Positions 53,214 through 63,410 of a DNA stretch of 64,000 nucleotides are shown piece by piece. The notes beneath the pieces are model-generated. The model saw nothing but the letters and a program-made list of their open reading frames with translations, did not search any database and was not told where the DNA came from. Position numbers and translations under genes: made by a program. Where the stretch lies: contig CAWHCF010000044.1 in the NCBI GenBank assembly GCA_963827655.1, positions 160,001 to 224,000 of the forward strand, given 5' to 3'. Position 1 is the stretch's first letter. Every line of letters begins with the position of its first letter. Source of the stretch: an uncultured Acidobacteriota bacterium. Its GTDB lineage: Bacteria > Acidobacteriota > UBA6911.

Positions 53214-53242
53214 AGGGGCGGAGGTTTCGGCTCTCCGCCCCT
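53214..53242 (-). terminator. GC hairpin after the TonB receptor gene
   Basis: AGGGGCGGAG / CTCCGCCCCT 10-bp stem about 12 bp past the stop codon; no strong U-tract. Confidence 0.55.
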
Positions 53243-53253
53243 TTCGTCGGGCT

Positions 53254-56200
53254 CTAGAACACAAACCGTAGAGCCCACTGGATGCGCCGCATCGGCAGGA
53301 AAATTCCCGTGATCTGTCCGGCCGTCGGGCTGTCCACGGTCCCGTTGGGATTGGAGAGGTTGGCGCTGTTGAAGAGGTTGAAGAACTCGGCCCGGAATCT
53401 GAAGCCTGGCTGATTCCGACATATCGAAGTTCTTGAAAAACGAAAGATCCAGCGTCGCGACCCCAGGACCTCGCAGCGAGTTGCGCGCGGCGTTGCCGAA
53501 GAGCAGCGGCGCCGGAATGCCCCAGACCGTCCCGATGGTCGAGGGTCCCGCATTGAACCATTTGTCACGAGTCGGATCCTCGAGTTCAGGATCCCCCAAT
53601 ATATCGGGCCGGTATGCAAGGTCCGGCGTATTCAAGGGGGCGCGGCTCGACAGTCCCGGCGAAAAGGGCAGCCCCGATTCGAGGGTCAAGACATTGTTGA
53701 TGGACCACCCTCCCAGTAACTGCGAAGCCACCCCTTCAGTCAGCATCTTCTTTCCCCGGCCCAAGGGTAACTCCCAAATCCCATTCAAAACAAAAACGTG
53801 CGTCCGATCGAAATCGGTAGCGGCGTACTCGAGCCGGCGGTTATAGATGTTGCCGGTGCCATTGAGACCGGTGTCTAATCCCTTCGCCCATGTGTAATGG
53901 CCCAGGAACCAGAAATCATTTGCGAACCGCTTCTCGAGCTTGGTCTGCAGCGAGTGGTAGTTCGAAGAAGCGCAATTGCACTGGCGGGACTCGATTCCTT
54001 GAGTCCAGCCGAACTTGTTGAAAAATGGGCGGCGCGGGTTTACGGGGCCAGGTCCCACCCTCGGAAGATTGAAGTTGAGATAGGCAACGCGATGGACTCC
54101 CTGATTACCGACATAAGCAATATCAGCCGCCAATGTTGGTGTGAGCTGATGTTGAATGCTCAAATTCCAGTTTTCGGCAAACGGAAGTTTTAGACGTGGT
54201 TCGATGTAGAACATCCGGATTCCATCAGGGAGTTTGAAACGCCATTGGAGTCGGGTGTGGGAAATACCGGCGCGGGGGGCCCGGACGCAAGATTGAAGAC
54301 GGAGCTGAACGGACTTGGCGGAGCCAGGTCCTGGCTGGCCAACACCGGCAAATTCTGGGTTACCGTGTGGCCGAAGGCAGCCCCAAAAGTGCCGATGTCG
54401 TAGCTCCTTCCGTAGCCCATTCGCAACACGGTCTTTTCCGAGAGCTGGTATGCGACGCCCAACCGAGGCGCAAAATTATCCAGGCTTCCCTCGATTCCGC
54501 CATCGAGCGGCACCGGCCCGACGCCATAAACGACAACTTCTCCCGTATTGATATCAACGTTCGCGCCCTTGCCAGGGCCGCTCACCGTTTCCGGCGCGTA
54601 GTATTCCCAGCGCAACCCCAAACTCAGGGTGAGCTTCTGGGTCACGCGCCAGGTATCCTGGCCATAGAGGAAGTATCGATTCTGTCTCTCGCCGGCGTCC
54701 AGACTCTCGCTGACGTAGCGGCGGAAATCCGAAACGTCGCCAAGCAGGAACGACGCGAGCCCCAGCCCGGAGTTGGCGACGCCCGCCCCGGCGGTGTACT
54801 CGGGATTAAAAGAAAGTTGGCCGGATCTATGCTGGTCGCTGGGCACGCGCAGGTTGATCGCACGCCGATAATCCACACCAAATTTCAAAGAGTGGTTCCG
54901 GACTATTTTGGTCCAGTTGTTCACGAACTGATATTGATCCTCGGTCTGGTCCAGTGGGCAGTTGCACTGGTTGACGCCAAGCGAGTAACCGAAACGGAAG
55001 GTACCAACGCCGTTGATCGTAAACGCCGGCATGTCCGCAGTGAAATCGTCGACGTTGAGGCCCGGAATTCCAGCGTCACGGGCCGGGGTCTTCCCTTGCT
55101 CTCCGGGACGCACCCGCACCAGGTATCGGAAATAGCCGAAGCGAAAATCTGTCAGAAACGACGGGTTCAGGGTGTAGTCAAAGCCGGTTGCCACACTCTG
55201 ATTCCGAACGTGCGATCTCCCGGCGAAATTGATGAAGTTCAAAGCGGGGCCACCCACCCCCTCCCCAAATGCGCCGGGAGCGAATTTATTGAAGTTGGCA
55301 AAGCTGTACCGGCCAAAAAGATGGAAGTTTTGCGTCACATAGACATCACCGCGGCCTCCTACCTGGTCCGAATCGAGTTTCTCCGTCCCCCCGGCAGCGT
55401 AATTGTTCTCGATGGCGCCGGCGGCTCCCGTATTCGAAAACGGTATCAGTTTCAGAAGGTTCTGGGCTTGAGAACTCAATTGGTTTGCCGGAATGATGCC
55501 CCCCGAAAACTGAGTTCGACCTGAGCCGTCGGTGCTCCCGGTCCTGGGATTGAAGATAGGCCGGCCGTAGGCTGAAAGATCTCCTGCACGCGCCGCGGCA
55601 GTCGGCACGGTGGTAAGGACGGACGAGCCATTGCGCTGCCGCGTGCCTTCGTAGTAGCCGAAGAAGAACGCTTTGTTCTCAACAATGGGTCCCCCGGCAG
55701 TCGCTCCAAACTGGTTCCAGCGAGCCGACGGGATACGCTTTCCCCCCAATGTTTCCGGCGACTCCGAGAACGGGTTGCGGGCGTTGGTCGCGCTGTTGCG
55801 GTGAAACTCGTACACGCTGCCGTGCAGTTCGTTTGTTCCGGACCGGGTTTGCGACGTGATAACGGCCGACTGAGCGTTGCCGAACTCGGCATCGAAGTTC
55901 ACGGTCGTCATCTTGAACTCCTGCACCGAGTCAAGCACAGGGTTAATCACAATGATCCCCAGAATCGGATCTCGATTGTCGGTGCCGTCCAGCAGGAAGC
56001 CGGTTCCGAAGAAGGGCTGCCCGTTGACCATGATCTGGGTGCTCCCCTGCGGATTCTCGCTCGAGGCATGCTGCCAGGTCTGCTTCGAGGTTCCGGGCGC
56101 AAGCAACTGCAGTTCGGTGAAGTTGCGGTTTAGCAGCGGCAGCTCGGTCACGGCTTTGTTCTCGAAAACCGTGCTGACGTCGGCCCGGTCGGACTTCAGG

Positions 56201-56586
56201 AGCGGAGCTTCGGCCGTGATTACGACCTGTTCGCTGAGCTGGCCCACTTCGAGCGCCGCGTCGACGCGAGCCGCTTCGTCCGCGCGCACGATAACGTCGT
56301 CCTGCACGAAGCTCTTGAATCCGGTGAGCCCGATCTTTACCTGATACCTTCCCGGAACCAGCCGAGTTTTCGTGTAATTCCCGGACTCGTTGGTGATGAC
56401 GGTAAAGATCGTTCCTTTGTCGAGGTCTGTGATGGTCACTTCGGCCCCCGGCACTGCGCCGCCGGAGGAATCTCTCACAGTTCCAAATATCTGACCGTAA
56501 ACCGCCTGTGCCAGACTTCCCTGGGGAAACGCAAGCAGAACAGTCAAAGCCACGGACAACGATAATATGAGGCGCCCATCTGACAT
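53254..56586 (-). CDS. TonB-dependent receptor, Oar-like with N-terminal CarboxypepD_reg domain (frameshifts near 54230 and 53395)
   Basis: IFGTVRDSSGGAVPGAEVT, ELPLLNRNF, DSVQEF, RSGTNELHGS, QDTWRVT..LSLGLRWEY, FRAEFFNLFN, RRIQWALRFVF*. Confidence 0.92.
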
Positions 56587-56613
56587 AAACACTCCTCCGA
56601 ACCGCAAGGCTGC

Positions 56614-56680
56614 TTCGTGTCTTCGTGGTTAGAGCTGCCTAACAAATACCGCTAAGACTCAAAGAAGGAACACCAAGAAT
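56614..56680. repeat. Composite palindromic repeat, reverse-complement twin of 63326-63400
   Basis: CTTCGTGTCTTCGTGGTTAGAGC..AACAAATACCGCTAAGACTCAAAG..AACACCAAGAAT. Confidence 0.8.
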
Positions 56681-56865
56681 CTTTGCCAAAAAAGCAAGAA
56701 GCTACGACTAGTAATAAACGTTCTTACGGCGGGGGAGACCCGGGAAGGTACGAGAGGTTCTCAGGAAGGAAGGGGGAACCCGAGTGGCGCCTAGTGCCCG
56801 AGACTCACTAACGCGCCGGACCTCCTTCTGTTTGCGGTCCCTGGCGCAACAACTAGCACCATGGA

Positions 56866-56893
56866 TTGACAAAGTCAAACCAATTGTTAAAGT
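56866..56893 (+). promoter_or_regulatory. Sigma70 promoter with a palindromic operator over the -35
   Basis: TTGACA-16-TAAAGT with extended TG; TTGAC-AAA-GTCAA palindrome. Confidence 0.55.
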
Positions 56894-56932
56894 TCACTCG
56901 CTGCAAAGGCGCAAAGGCGCGAAGGAAATCTC

Positions 56933-58609
56933 TTGATTCGCTTTGCGATTGGCTTGTTGCTCCTGGCCGCCGCGATGCAAGCATCCGCATCGCTAGACCA
57001 GTCCACGCCCGCTGGGTTCTCACTGACCAACATCTCCGCCTCAGCCGGCCTCAACGCCATCACTGTGTACGGCGGCGAAAAACAGAATCGTTACCTGCTG
57101 GAAACTACGGGATGCGGCGTCGCCCTCCTCGACTTCGACGGCGACGGCTGGCTCGATATCTATCAGGTCAACGGCTCGCGCTTCGAGTCCCTTCCCGCTC
57201 CCAAGCCCCAGTCCCATCTCTATCGCAACAACAAGAACGGGACTTTCACCGACGTGACCGCTCGCGCCGGCGTTGGCAAATCCGATTGGGGTCAGGCCGT
57301 CTGCGCCGGAGACTATGACAATGATGGGTTTCCGGACCTGTTCGTGACGTACTGGGGAAACAATGTCCTGTATCGCAATCTTGGCAACGGCACTTTCGCG
57401 GATGTGACCCGCAAGGCAGGCCTGGTTCAGCCGGCGCGCCGCTGGAATTCAGGCTGCGCCTTCCTCGACTTCGACCGGGATGGAGATCTCGACCTCTTCG
57501 TGGCGAACTACATCGACTTCGAACCCGAGACGACGCCGACCCCTGACTCCGGCCTCTGTCTCTACAAAGGCGTTCGCGTCGCATGCGGCCCTCCCGGACT
57601 CACGGGCGGCAAAAACCTTCTGTACCAGAACAACGGAAACGGCACTTTTACCGACATCTCCCAGGCCTCGGGCATTACCAAGGCGCACGGAACCTACGGA
57701 CTTGGCGTCCTGGTGTCCGACTTCGACAATGATGCCTGGCCCGACATCTATGTGGCCAACGACTCCAATCCGAGCGCGCTTTATCGCAACAACCACGACG
57801 GCACGTTTACAGACATTGGAATTCTCGCCGGCTGCGCCTACAGCGCGGACGGAAAGCCGCAAGCCGGAATGGGAGTCTCCGCGGGCGATTTCAACCACGA
57901 TGGTTGGATGGACATTTTCAAGACCAACTTCGCCGGAGACACTTCGAACCTGTACCAGAATAACGGCAGGGGTGGTTTTGAAGAGAGCACGTTCGCCGCC
58001 GGAATCGGGCTCAACACGCGATTTCTCGGTTGGGGGTGCGGATTCGTCGACCTGAATCACGATGGCTGGATCGATATTCTGCAGGTCAACGGCCACGTCT
58101 ATCCGGAAGTCAATCAACTCAAGACTGAAGCTCAGTATCGCCAGCGAAAGATTCTCTACCTTAATCGGGAAGGCAAACGGTTTGACGATGTCACCGAGCA
58201 GGTCGGCGGCCCGCTGCTCGAACTCCGCGCCGGCCGCGGCTGTGCGTTCGGTGACGTGGATAACGACGGCGACATCGATATGGTCGTGAATAACGTCAAC
58301 CAGACGATGGATCTCTACCGGCAGGATCGAAACAATGACAACCACTGGACCACGATCCAGCTTGCAGCCGGCCACTGCAATCGCAGTGCAATCGGAGCCC
58401 GCGTCCGCATCGTGGCGGGCGGCATCACCCAGATCGATGAGGTAAGAAGCGGCGGCAGCTACTATTCTCAAAGCGATTTCCGGATTCACTTCGGCCTGGG
58501 GAAGGAAAGCAAGATCGATCTTCTGGAGGTGCGGTGGCCCGACGGGAAGACGGACACACACCGCGATCTCGCGGTCGATCGCATGCTCAAGATCGAGGAA
58601 TCCAAGTGA
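56933..58609 (+). CDS. CRTAC1-family (FG-GAP/VCBS + ASPIC/UnbV) secreted protein B
   Basis: Signal peptide, DFDGDGWLD repeats, AIGARVRI..SGGSYYSQ..HFGLG..RWPDG. Confidence 0.92.
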   Translation: MIRFAIGLLLLAAAMQASASLDQSTPAGFSLTNISASAGLNAITVYGGEKQNRYLLETTGCGVALLDFDGDGWLDIYQVNGSRFESLPAPKPQSHLYRNNKNGTFTDVTARAGVGKSDWGQAVCAGDYDNDGFPDLFVTYWGNNVLYRNLGNGTFADVTRKAGLVQPARRWNSGCAFLDFDRDGDLDLFVANYIDFEPETTPTPDSGLCLYKGVRVACGPPGLTGGKNLLYQNNGNGTFTDISQASGITKAHGTYGLGVLVSDFDNDAWPDIYVANDSNPSALYRNNHDGTFTDIGILAGCAYSADGKPQAGMGVSAGDFNHDGWMDIFKTNFAGDTSNLYQNNGRGGFEESTFAAGIGLNTRFLGWGCGFVDLNHDGWIDILQVNGHVYPEVNQLKTEAQYRQRKILYLNREGKRFDDVTEQVGGPLLELRAGRGCAFGDVDNDGDIDMVVNNVNQTMDLYRQDRNNDNHWTTIQLAAGHCNRSAIGARVRIVAGGITQIDEVRSGGSYYSQSDFRIHFGLGKESKIDLLEVRWPDGKTDTHRDLAVDRMLKIEESK

Positions 58610-59970
58610 CAATTCACCACCAGGACGCGAAGACGCAAAGTATTCTTTTGTTCCTGGCTTCCTGGTGCCTTTGCGTCTTTGCGGTGAGGGCGCAATCGGT
58701 CGAGGAACATCTGCGGCGAGGATTCGAATTCGGCCGCGCGGCTCAATATGCCGAGGCGATTCGCGAGTTCGAAGCCGCCGTCCGCCTGAACCCTTCGTCT
58801 CCAGAAGCGCACTACAGCCTGGGCGTGGCCCGCTGGTGGACCAAGGACCTGGATGCCGGAATCACCTCTCTAGACACGGCGCTCAAGCTGAAGCCCGACA
58901 TGGCAGAAGCTCACTACTTTCTTGGCCTCGCATTGCAACAGAAGGGAGAGCTGAAACGCGCTCTGACCGAGGTGGAATCATCCATCCGGCTGAGACCGAA
59001 ATTCGCCCAGGGTTACAACAGCCTCGGACTGATCCGGCAACAAATCGGCGATCGCGACGCCGCCACTTCTTCCTTTCGAACGGCGGTCGAGTCGGAACCC
59101 GATTTCCTCGAGGCGCGTAACAACCTGGGTCTCGCCCTGATGCAAGCCTCGGATGCGGACGGCGCGGCAGAGCAGTTTCGAGCGATCATTCAGCGTAAGC
59201 CCGGCAACATCGATGCGCGCAACAATCTCGGGCTGGCATTAATGCAGAAGGGGGATCTGCAGTCGGCCGTCGAAGTTCTGCGCGAGCTCTTGCAGCTGGC
59301 GCCGGATCATCCGGAAGGAAGATACAATCTGGGAGTGGCTCTCAAGCAGAAGGACGATTTTGCCGGCGCTACCACCGAGCTGCGTCACGCCATCAAGATA
59401 AAACCCGACTTTCCCGACGCCTACTACACCCTCGGCATCACTCTCTGGCAGCAGGGAGAGATCGACCCTGCCGTCGAGGCCATGAGAAACGCCCTGCGCT
59501 ATCGACCGGAGTACGCGGAGGCCAGCTTTGCGCTCGGGACTCTGCTTAAAGAAAAGGGAGAGCTCGAAGCGGCCAAGGAGGCGTTACAGAACTCGCTTCG
59601 CGTCAAACCCGAATACCCGGAGGCACACTATGCGCTGGCTTCGATCTTCAAGCAGCAGGGGAAACTGGGCGAGGCGGCGGCTGAACTGGAACGCGCTGAA
59701 GCCCAGCGCCGGTTGAAGCAAAGCCGGGAAACGGCAACCTTCGCTACACACACCGCCCTCGAGCTGGCGCGCAAAGGGGACCTCGATCAGGCCATGCGCC
59801 GGCTGCGCTCGGCCATTCAGACAGCCCCGGACTACGCGCCGGCTCACTATCACCTCAGCCTCCTGCTCCGAAAAACCGGCCGGACCACGGAATCGGAAGC
59901 AGCTCTGAAACGGGCTCTCGAGCTTGATCCGCAAGTCGAGAGCGCGTCATTGCGGCCCGTGGTCCGTTAG
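58606..59970 (+). CDS. Secreted multi-TPR protein
   Basis: GTGA overlap with the CRTAC1-B stop; signal peptide ending VRA-Q; more than 10 TPR repeats (P..AEAHY.LG). Confidence 0.88.
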   Translation: MTIHHQDAKTQSILLFLASWCLCVFAVRAQSVEEHLRRGFEFGRAAQYAEAIREFEAAVRLNPSSPEAHYSLGVARWWTKDLDAGITSLDTALKLKPDMAEAHYFLGLALQQKGELKRALTEVESSIRLRPKFAQGYNSLGLIRQQIGDRDAATSSFRTAVESEPDFLEARNNLGLALMQASDADGAAEQFRAIIQRKPGNIDARNNLGLALMQKGDLQSAVEVLRELLQLAPDHPEGRYNLGVALKQKDDFAGATTELRHAIKIKPDFPDAYYTLGITLWQQGEIDPAVEAMRNALRYRPEYAEASFALGTLLKEKGELEAAKEALQNSLRVKPEYPEAHYALASIFKQQGKLGEAAAELERAEAQRRLKQSRETATFATHTALELARKGDLDQAMRRLRSAIQTAPDYAPAHYHLSLLLRKTGRTTESEAALKRALELDPQVESASLRPVVR

Positions 59971-60092
59971 AACAAAATCAACCACGAAGCCGCTAAGGCG
60001 CGAAAAAACGTCTAAGAATCTGAAGCGCGCCGTGTTACGCCCTTGCACCGGTTGAAATCTTTCGCCGAACAGGTTAGCCTTCTCCTGCGTCT

Positions 60093-60620
60093 ATGAAGAA
60101 CGCACGGACCATTCCTGAAAACCACCCGCTCAAGTCGCTTTTTCGCACCCTTGCAGAAAGGGGTCTCAATCAAGCCAACCTCCGCGATCGAGATATTCTC
60201 CTCTATCTCGCCGATCTTCTCGTCGAATTCATGTTCATCGAGAATCTTTACCGGCTGAGAGACGCCGAGGGAAAACGCCTGGAATACCTGGTCGACATGC
60301 TGGGCCAGGCGGTGGAAACCGATATGCCCGATAAGAAGGAATTCTACAGGCATATCGGTGACTACAGCCTGTTCATGCTGGGTATGTTTCCCGAGTTTCT
60401 CGTCCGGCGCAGAAGCAGACTTTCACCGTCGTATTATGCCGATACAGGCCGCATCGGATATCAGGTCGCGGGAGAACTGGAAAGCGATTGGTGGCAAATC
60501 ATGGTCTTTCGCAAGCTCGCGGACAAATTCGAGCATTGCGTGATCTCGCTGAACTGCGTGCGGGAGTACACTTCCGATCCGTTTTACCAGTTCATGTTTC
60601 GTGAATTCGACATTACTTGA
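60093..60620 (+). CDS. Conserved-looking hypothetical protein (175 aa, helical)
   Basis: YLADLL, YRHIGDYSLFMLGMFPE, YYADTGR..Y, FRKLADKF; function not recognised. Confidence 0.75.
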   Translation: MKNARTIPENHPLKSLFRTLAERGLNQANLRDRDILLYLADLLVEFMFIENLYRLRDAEGKRLEYLVDMLGQAVETDMPDKKEFYRHIGDYSLFMLGMFPEFLVRRRSRLSPSYYADTGRIGYQVAGELESDWWQIMVFRKLADKFEHCVISLNCVREYTSDPFYQFMFREFDIT

Positions 60621-60637
60621 TGAAAGAAGGAGGCCCT

Positions 60638-61045
60638 ATGGTTCGCAACTCGCGAAGATTACTGGTTGCATTCATGATTATCGCTATCGGTCCCCTGCTT
60701 GTGCCCGCTCAGGTTCAGGCGGCCGAAGACCACATTGTCAAGCCCGTCGAACTTCACAACGCCATCGTGGCGGCTTCAGAGGCAAGGCAAAACGACATAG
60801 CCAAGATCCGCACACTCCTTTCGTCCGACGCCGGGAAAAAGGCTCTCGGCTCGGTGAAAGTCGATTCGCGAAAAATCGAAACCGCGGTCACACTCCTGAA
60901 TGACGAAGAATTGGCCCGGCTGGCAGCGCGAGCTGAAAAAATTCAGGGCGACTTTTCCGCGGGAGCTTTGAGTAACCAGGAGCTTACTTACATCGTGATT
61001 GCGCTCGCAACCGCGGTCATCATCCTCGTCATTGTCGTGGCGTAG
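60638..61045 (+). CDS. PA2779-like protein (signal peptide, helical core, C-terminal TM)
   Basis: AAGGAGG RBS; AVTLLNDEELARLA...FSAGA, then a hydrophobic tail; adjacent to a C39 peptidase. Confidence 0.7.
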   Translation: MVRNSRRLLVAFMIIAIGPLLVPAQVQAAEDHIVKPVELHNAIVAASEARQNDIAKIRTLLSSDAGKKALGSVKVDSRKIETAVTLLNDEELARLAARAEKIQGDFSAGALSNQELTYIVIALATAVIILVIVVA

Positions 61046-61094
61046 CGAAGAGAAGATCCAGGGCGAAAACGCTGCGTCATCGAGGAAAAAACCG

Positions 61095-61628
61095 GTGATA
61101 TCCCACACTCTCGCAATCCTTCTTTGGATGGTGGCCCTTTCGGGCCCAGCGGACGGGACCCGGATCTGGCTCGACGTTCCATTCGTTGCGCAAACAGGAA
61201 ACGGCTGCGGCGCTGCTTGCGTGTCGATGGTGATGCGTTACTGGGCCCATCAACCAACCACCTCAGCGCCCGCCGGCGCCGATCCCGGCACGGTCATGTC
61301 CAACCTGTATTCCACCACGGGCGGCGGCATTCTCGCCTCGCAGATGAAGGAGTACTTCGAGAATCAAGGTTTCCGCACCTATGTCTTTGCCGCTGAGTGG
61401 AGTGACTTGAATCACCATCTGGCCAGAGGCCGTCCGGTTATTGTTTGCCTCAAAGAAGACACCCTCCACTACGTGGTCGTGGTCGGCATCGACCCGCACA
61501 ACGATACAGTGATTGTTAACGACCCAGCCAGACGAAAACTTACCCAGATCGATCGGCCGAGCTTTGAGAAGAGCTGGAATACCTGCAAAAACTGGACGCT
61601 TTTGGCCCTTCCGCCCTCGCGGGAGTAA
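61095..61628 (+). CDS. Secreted C39-like cysteine peptidase
   Basis: LDVPFVAQ..GCGAACVSMVMRYW, GRPVIV, HYVVVVG, VNDP, FEKSW. Confidence 0.85.
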   Translation: MISHTLAILLWMVALSGPADGTRIWLDVPFVAQTGNGCGAACVSMVMRYWAHQPTTSAPAGADPGTVMSNLYSTTGGGILASQMKEYFENQGFRTYVFAAEWSDLNHHLARGRPVIVCLKEDTLHYVVVVGIDPHNDTVIVNDPARRKLTQIDRPSFEKSWNTCKNWTLLALPPSRE

Positions 61629-61629
61629 C

Positions 61630-63316
61630 GGCGCTCGATTACTCCTCGGGTTTTTCACCGTTTCCTTCCATGCCTGGGACGGCCGGTCCCAGGACGCACG
61701 TCCCGGCACCGCCAATCCCTCTGAAAAAATAAGAATTCTCTTTGTCGAGAAAAAATGGGACGCCCTCCTTCAACTGGCGCCCGAAGGGGAGCATTATCCC
61801 CCCGACCTTGACTACTATCGAGGGATGGCGCTGGCTTCCCTGGAGCAATGGCAGGAAGCTGAACGATCCTTTCGGAAAGGCCAGATCAAGGCGCCCCACG
61901 ATAAGAGGTTTCCCCTCGAATTGGCCGGTATCGCTTTCAGGCAGGGAAACCGTTCGGAGGCGCGAACACTTGTGCAGGCAAGCCCTGCGCCTGGACCCAG
62001 ACGATTCTTATGCAAACGACTTCCTGGCCACGCTCTACTTCCTGTCGGGCAATGTGGAAGCCGCCCTCAAATACTGGAACCGGATTGGAAAACCTAACAT
62101 CGAAGAAATCCGCAGCGATCCGCATCCGCGCGTCAACCCGGTACTCCTCGATCGAGCCTTCGCGGCGGCGCCTGCAAGCCTCTTGCAATTGGATGATTTC
62201 CTTCGAACCAGGGACCGAATCGGCTCCCTCGAGATCTTCTCGCCCTATCGCCTCGAACTCGATCCCCGCCGGGATGGGAAGTTTGATCTGGTTTTTCGGC
62301 CTCATGAGAGAAATGGCTGGGGCTCAACCAGTACCGAAAGAATGCTCCACCTCGCGCGAGGAATACCGTATCAGACCCTGCATCTCGAGGTCTTCAATCT
62401 GAAGAGGTCTGCGGTTAATTCTATTTCTCTGATTCGCTGGGACGCGGAAAAGCGGCGGGCTTTTACTTCCCTGTCGGGACCTCTCGAAGGAGATCCAAAG
62501 TGGCGCTTTCGAATCCACCTCGATGGCAGAAGAGAGAATTGGGATTTATCCCAAAACATTCGGGAAGTGACTTTGCCGGCCACGGAATTCAATCTCCAGA
62601 AGCTGGAAGCCGGCGCCGAGCTTGGCTCCAGGACTAACGGGCGATGGGAATGGAGCAGCGCGGCTGAAGTATCCCACCGGCAGTTCATGAATCCTCCGGA
62701 GCAATCTACGCTGTTCACCGAGGGATTGGCATTGAAGTACCGGTTTCAGGTAAATGGCCGGATACTCGCGACTCCCGAGCGCCGGTTGACAATCGCACCC
62801 TTTGCCACCGCGGAGATGGCAAAAATCTTTGCCGCGTCCGGCAACACCTATTCCAAAATACAAGGCGGTCTCGGCTGGCGCTGGCACGCGCGTGCTCAGG
62901 GTGACGACTATCTCATGACCGGTCAATTTCGCGCCGGTAAGACTGCGGGCGAGCCCCCCTTCGATGAACTCTTCAACCTGGGTCTGGATCGTGACCAGGA
63001 GTTCTGGTTCCGTGGCCACCCAGGAACACACAACGGCAAGAAAGGGAGCGGACCGCTCGGGCGCGACTACCTGCTCGTGAATTTCGAGTTCGACAAAGAG
63101 ATTTACAACAATGGAATATGGAGACTCAGTTCAGGTCCCTTTCTCGACGCCGGGAAGGTCTATGATCGGCGCACAAGTTTTGGGTTCGAGAAATGGCTCT
63201 GCGATGCAGGGATTCAAGCGAAGATTCGTATACTGGGCGCTCTGACTGTCGTCTTCCTCTATGGAAAAGATCTTCGTTCCGGTGGAAATACCTTCTATTT
63301 CGATACCGCTCGATGA
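61630..63316 (+). CDS. TPR + POTRA-like + beta-barrel outer-membrane protein (frameshift near 61970; start uncertain)
   Basis: N-terminal TPRs; POTRA-like segment IEEI..LLDR..RIGSLEIF..DGKFDLVF..ER; amphipathic strands, FRG loop, PFLDAG, terminal FYF. Confidence 0.62.
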
Positions 63317-63325
63317 TTCATGAGA

Positions 63326-63410
63326 AAATTCTTGGTGTTTCTGGGTGTCTTCGAGTCTTCGTGGTATTTGTTTGACGGCTCTAACCACAAAGATACGAAG
63401 AAACACTGAG
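63326..63410. repeat. Composite palindromic repeat (intact relative of the IS110 target)
   Basis: GTGTCTTCGAGTCTTCGTGGTATTTGTT..CTAACCACAAAGATACGAAG. Confidence 0.8.
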
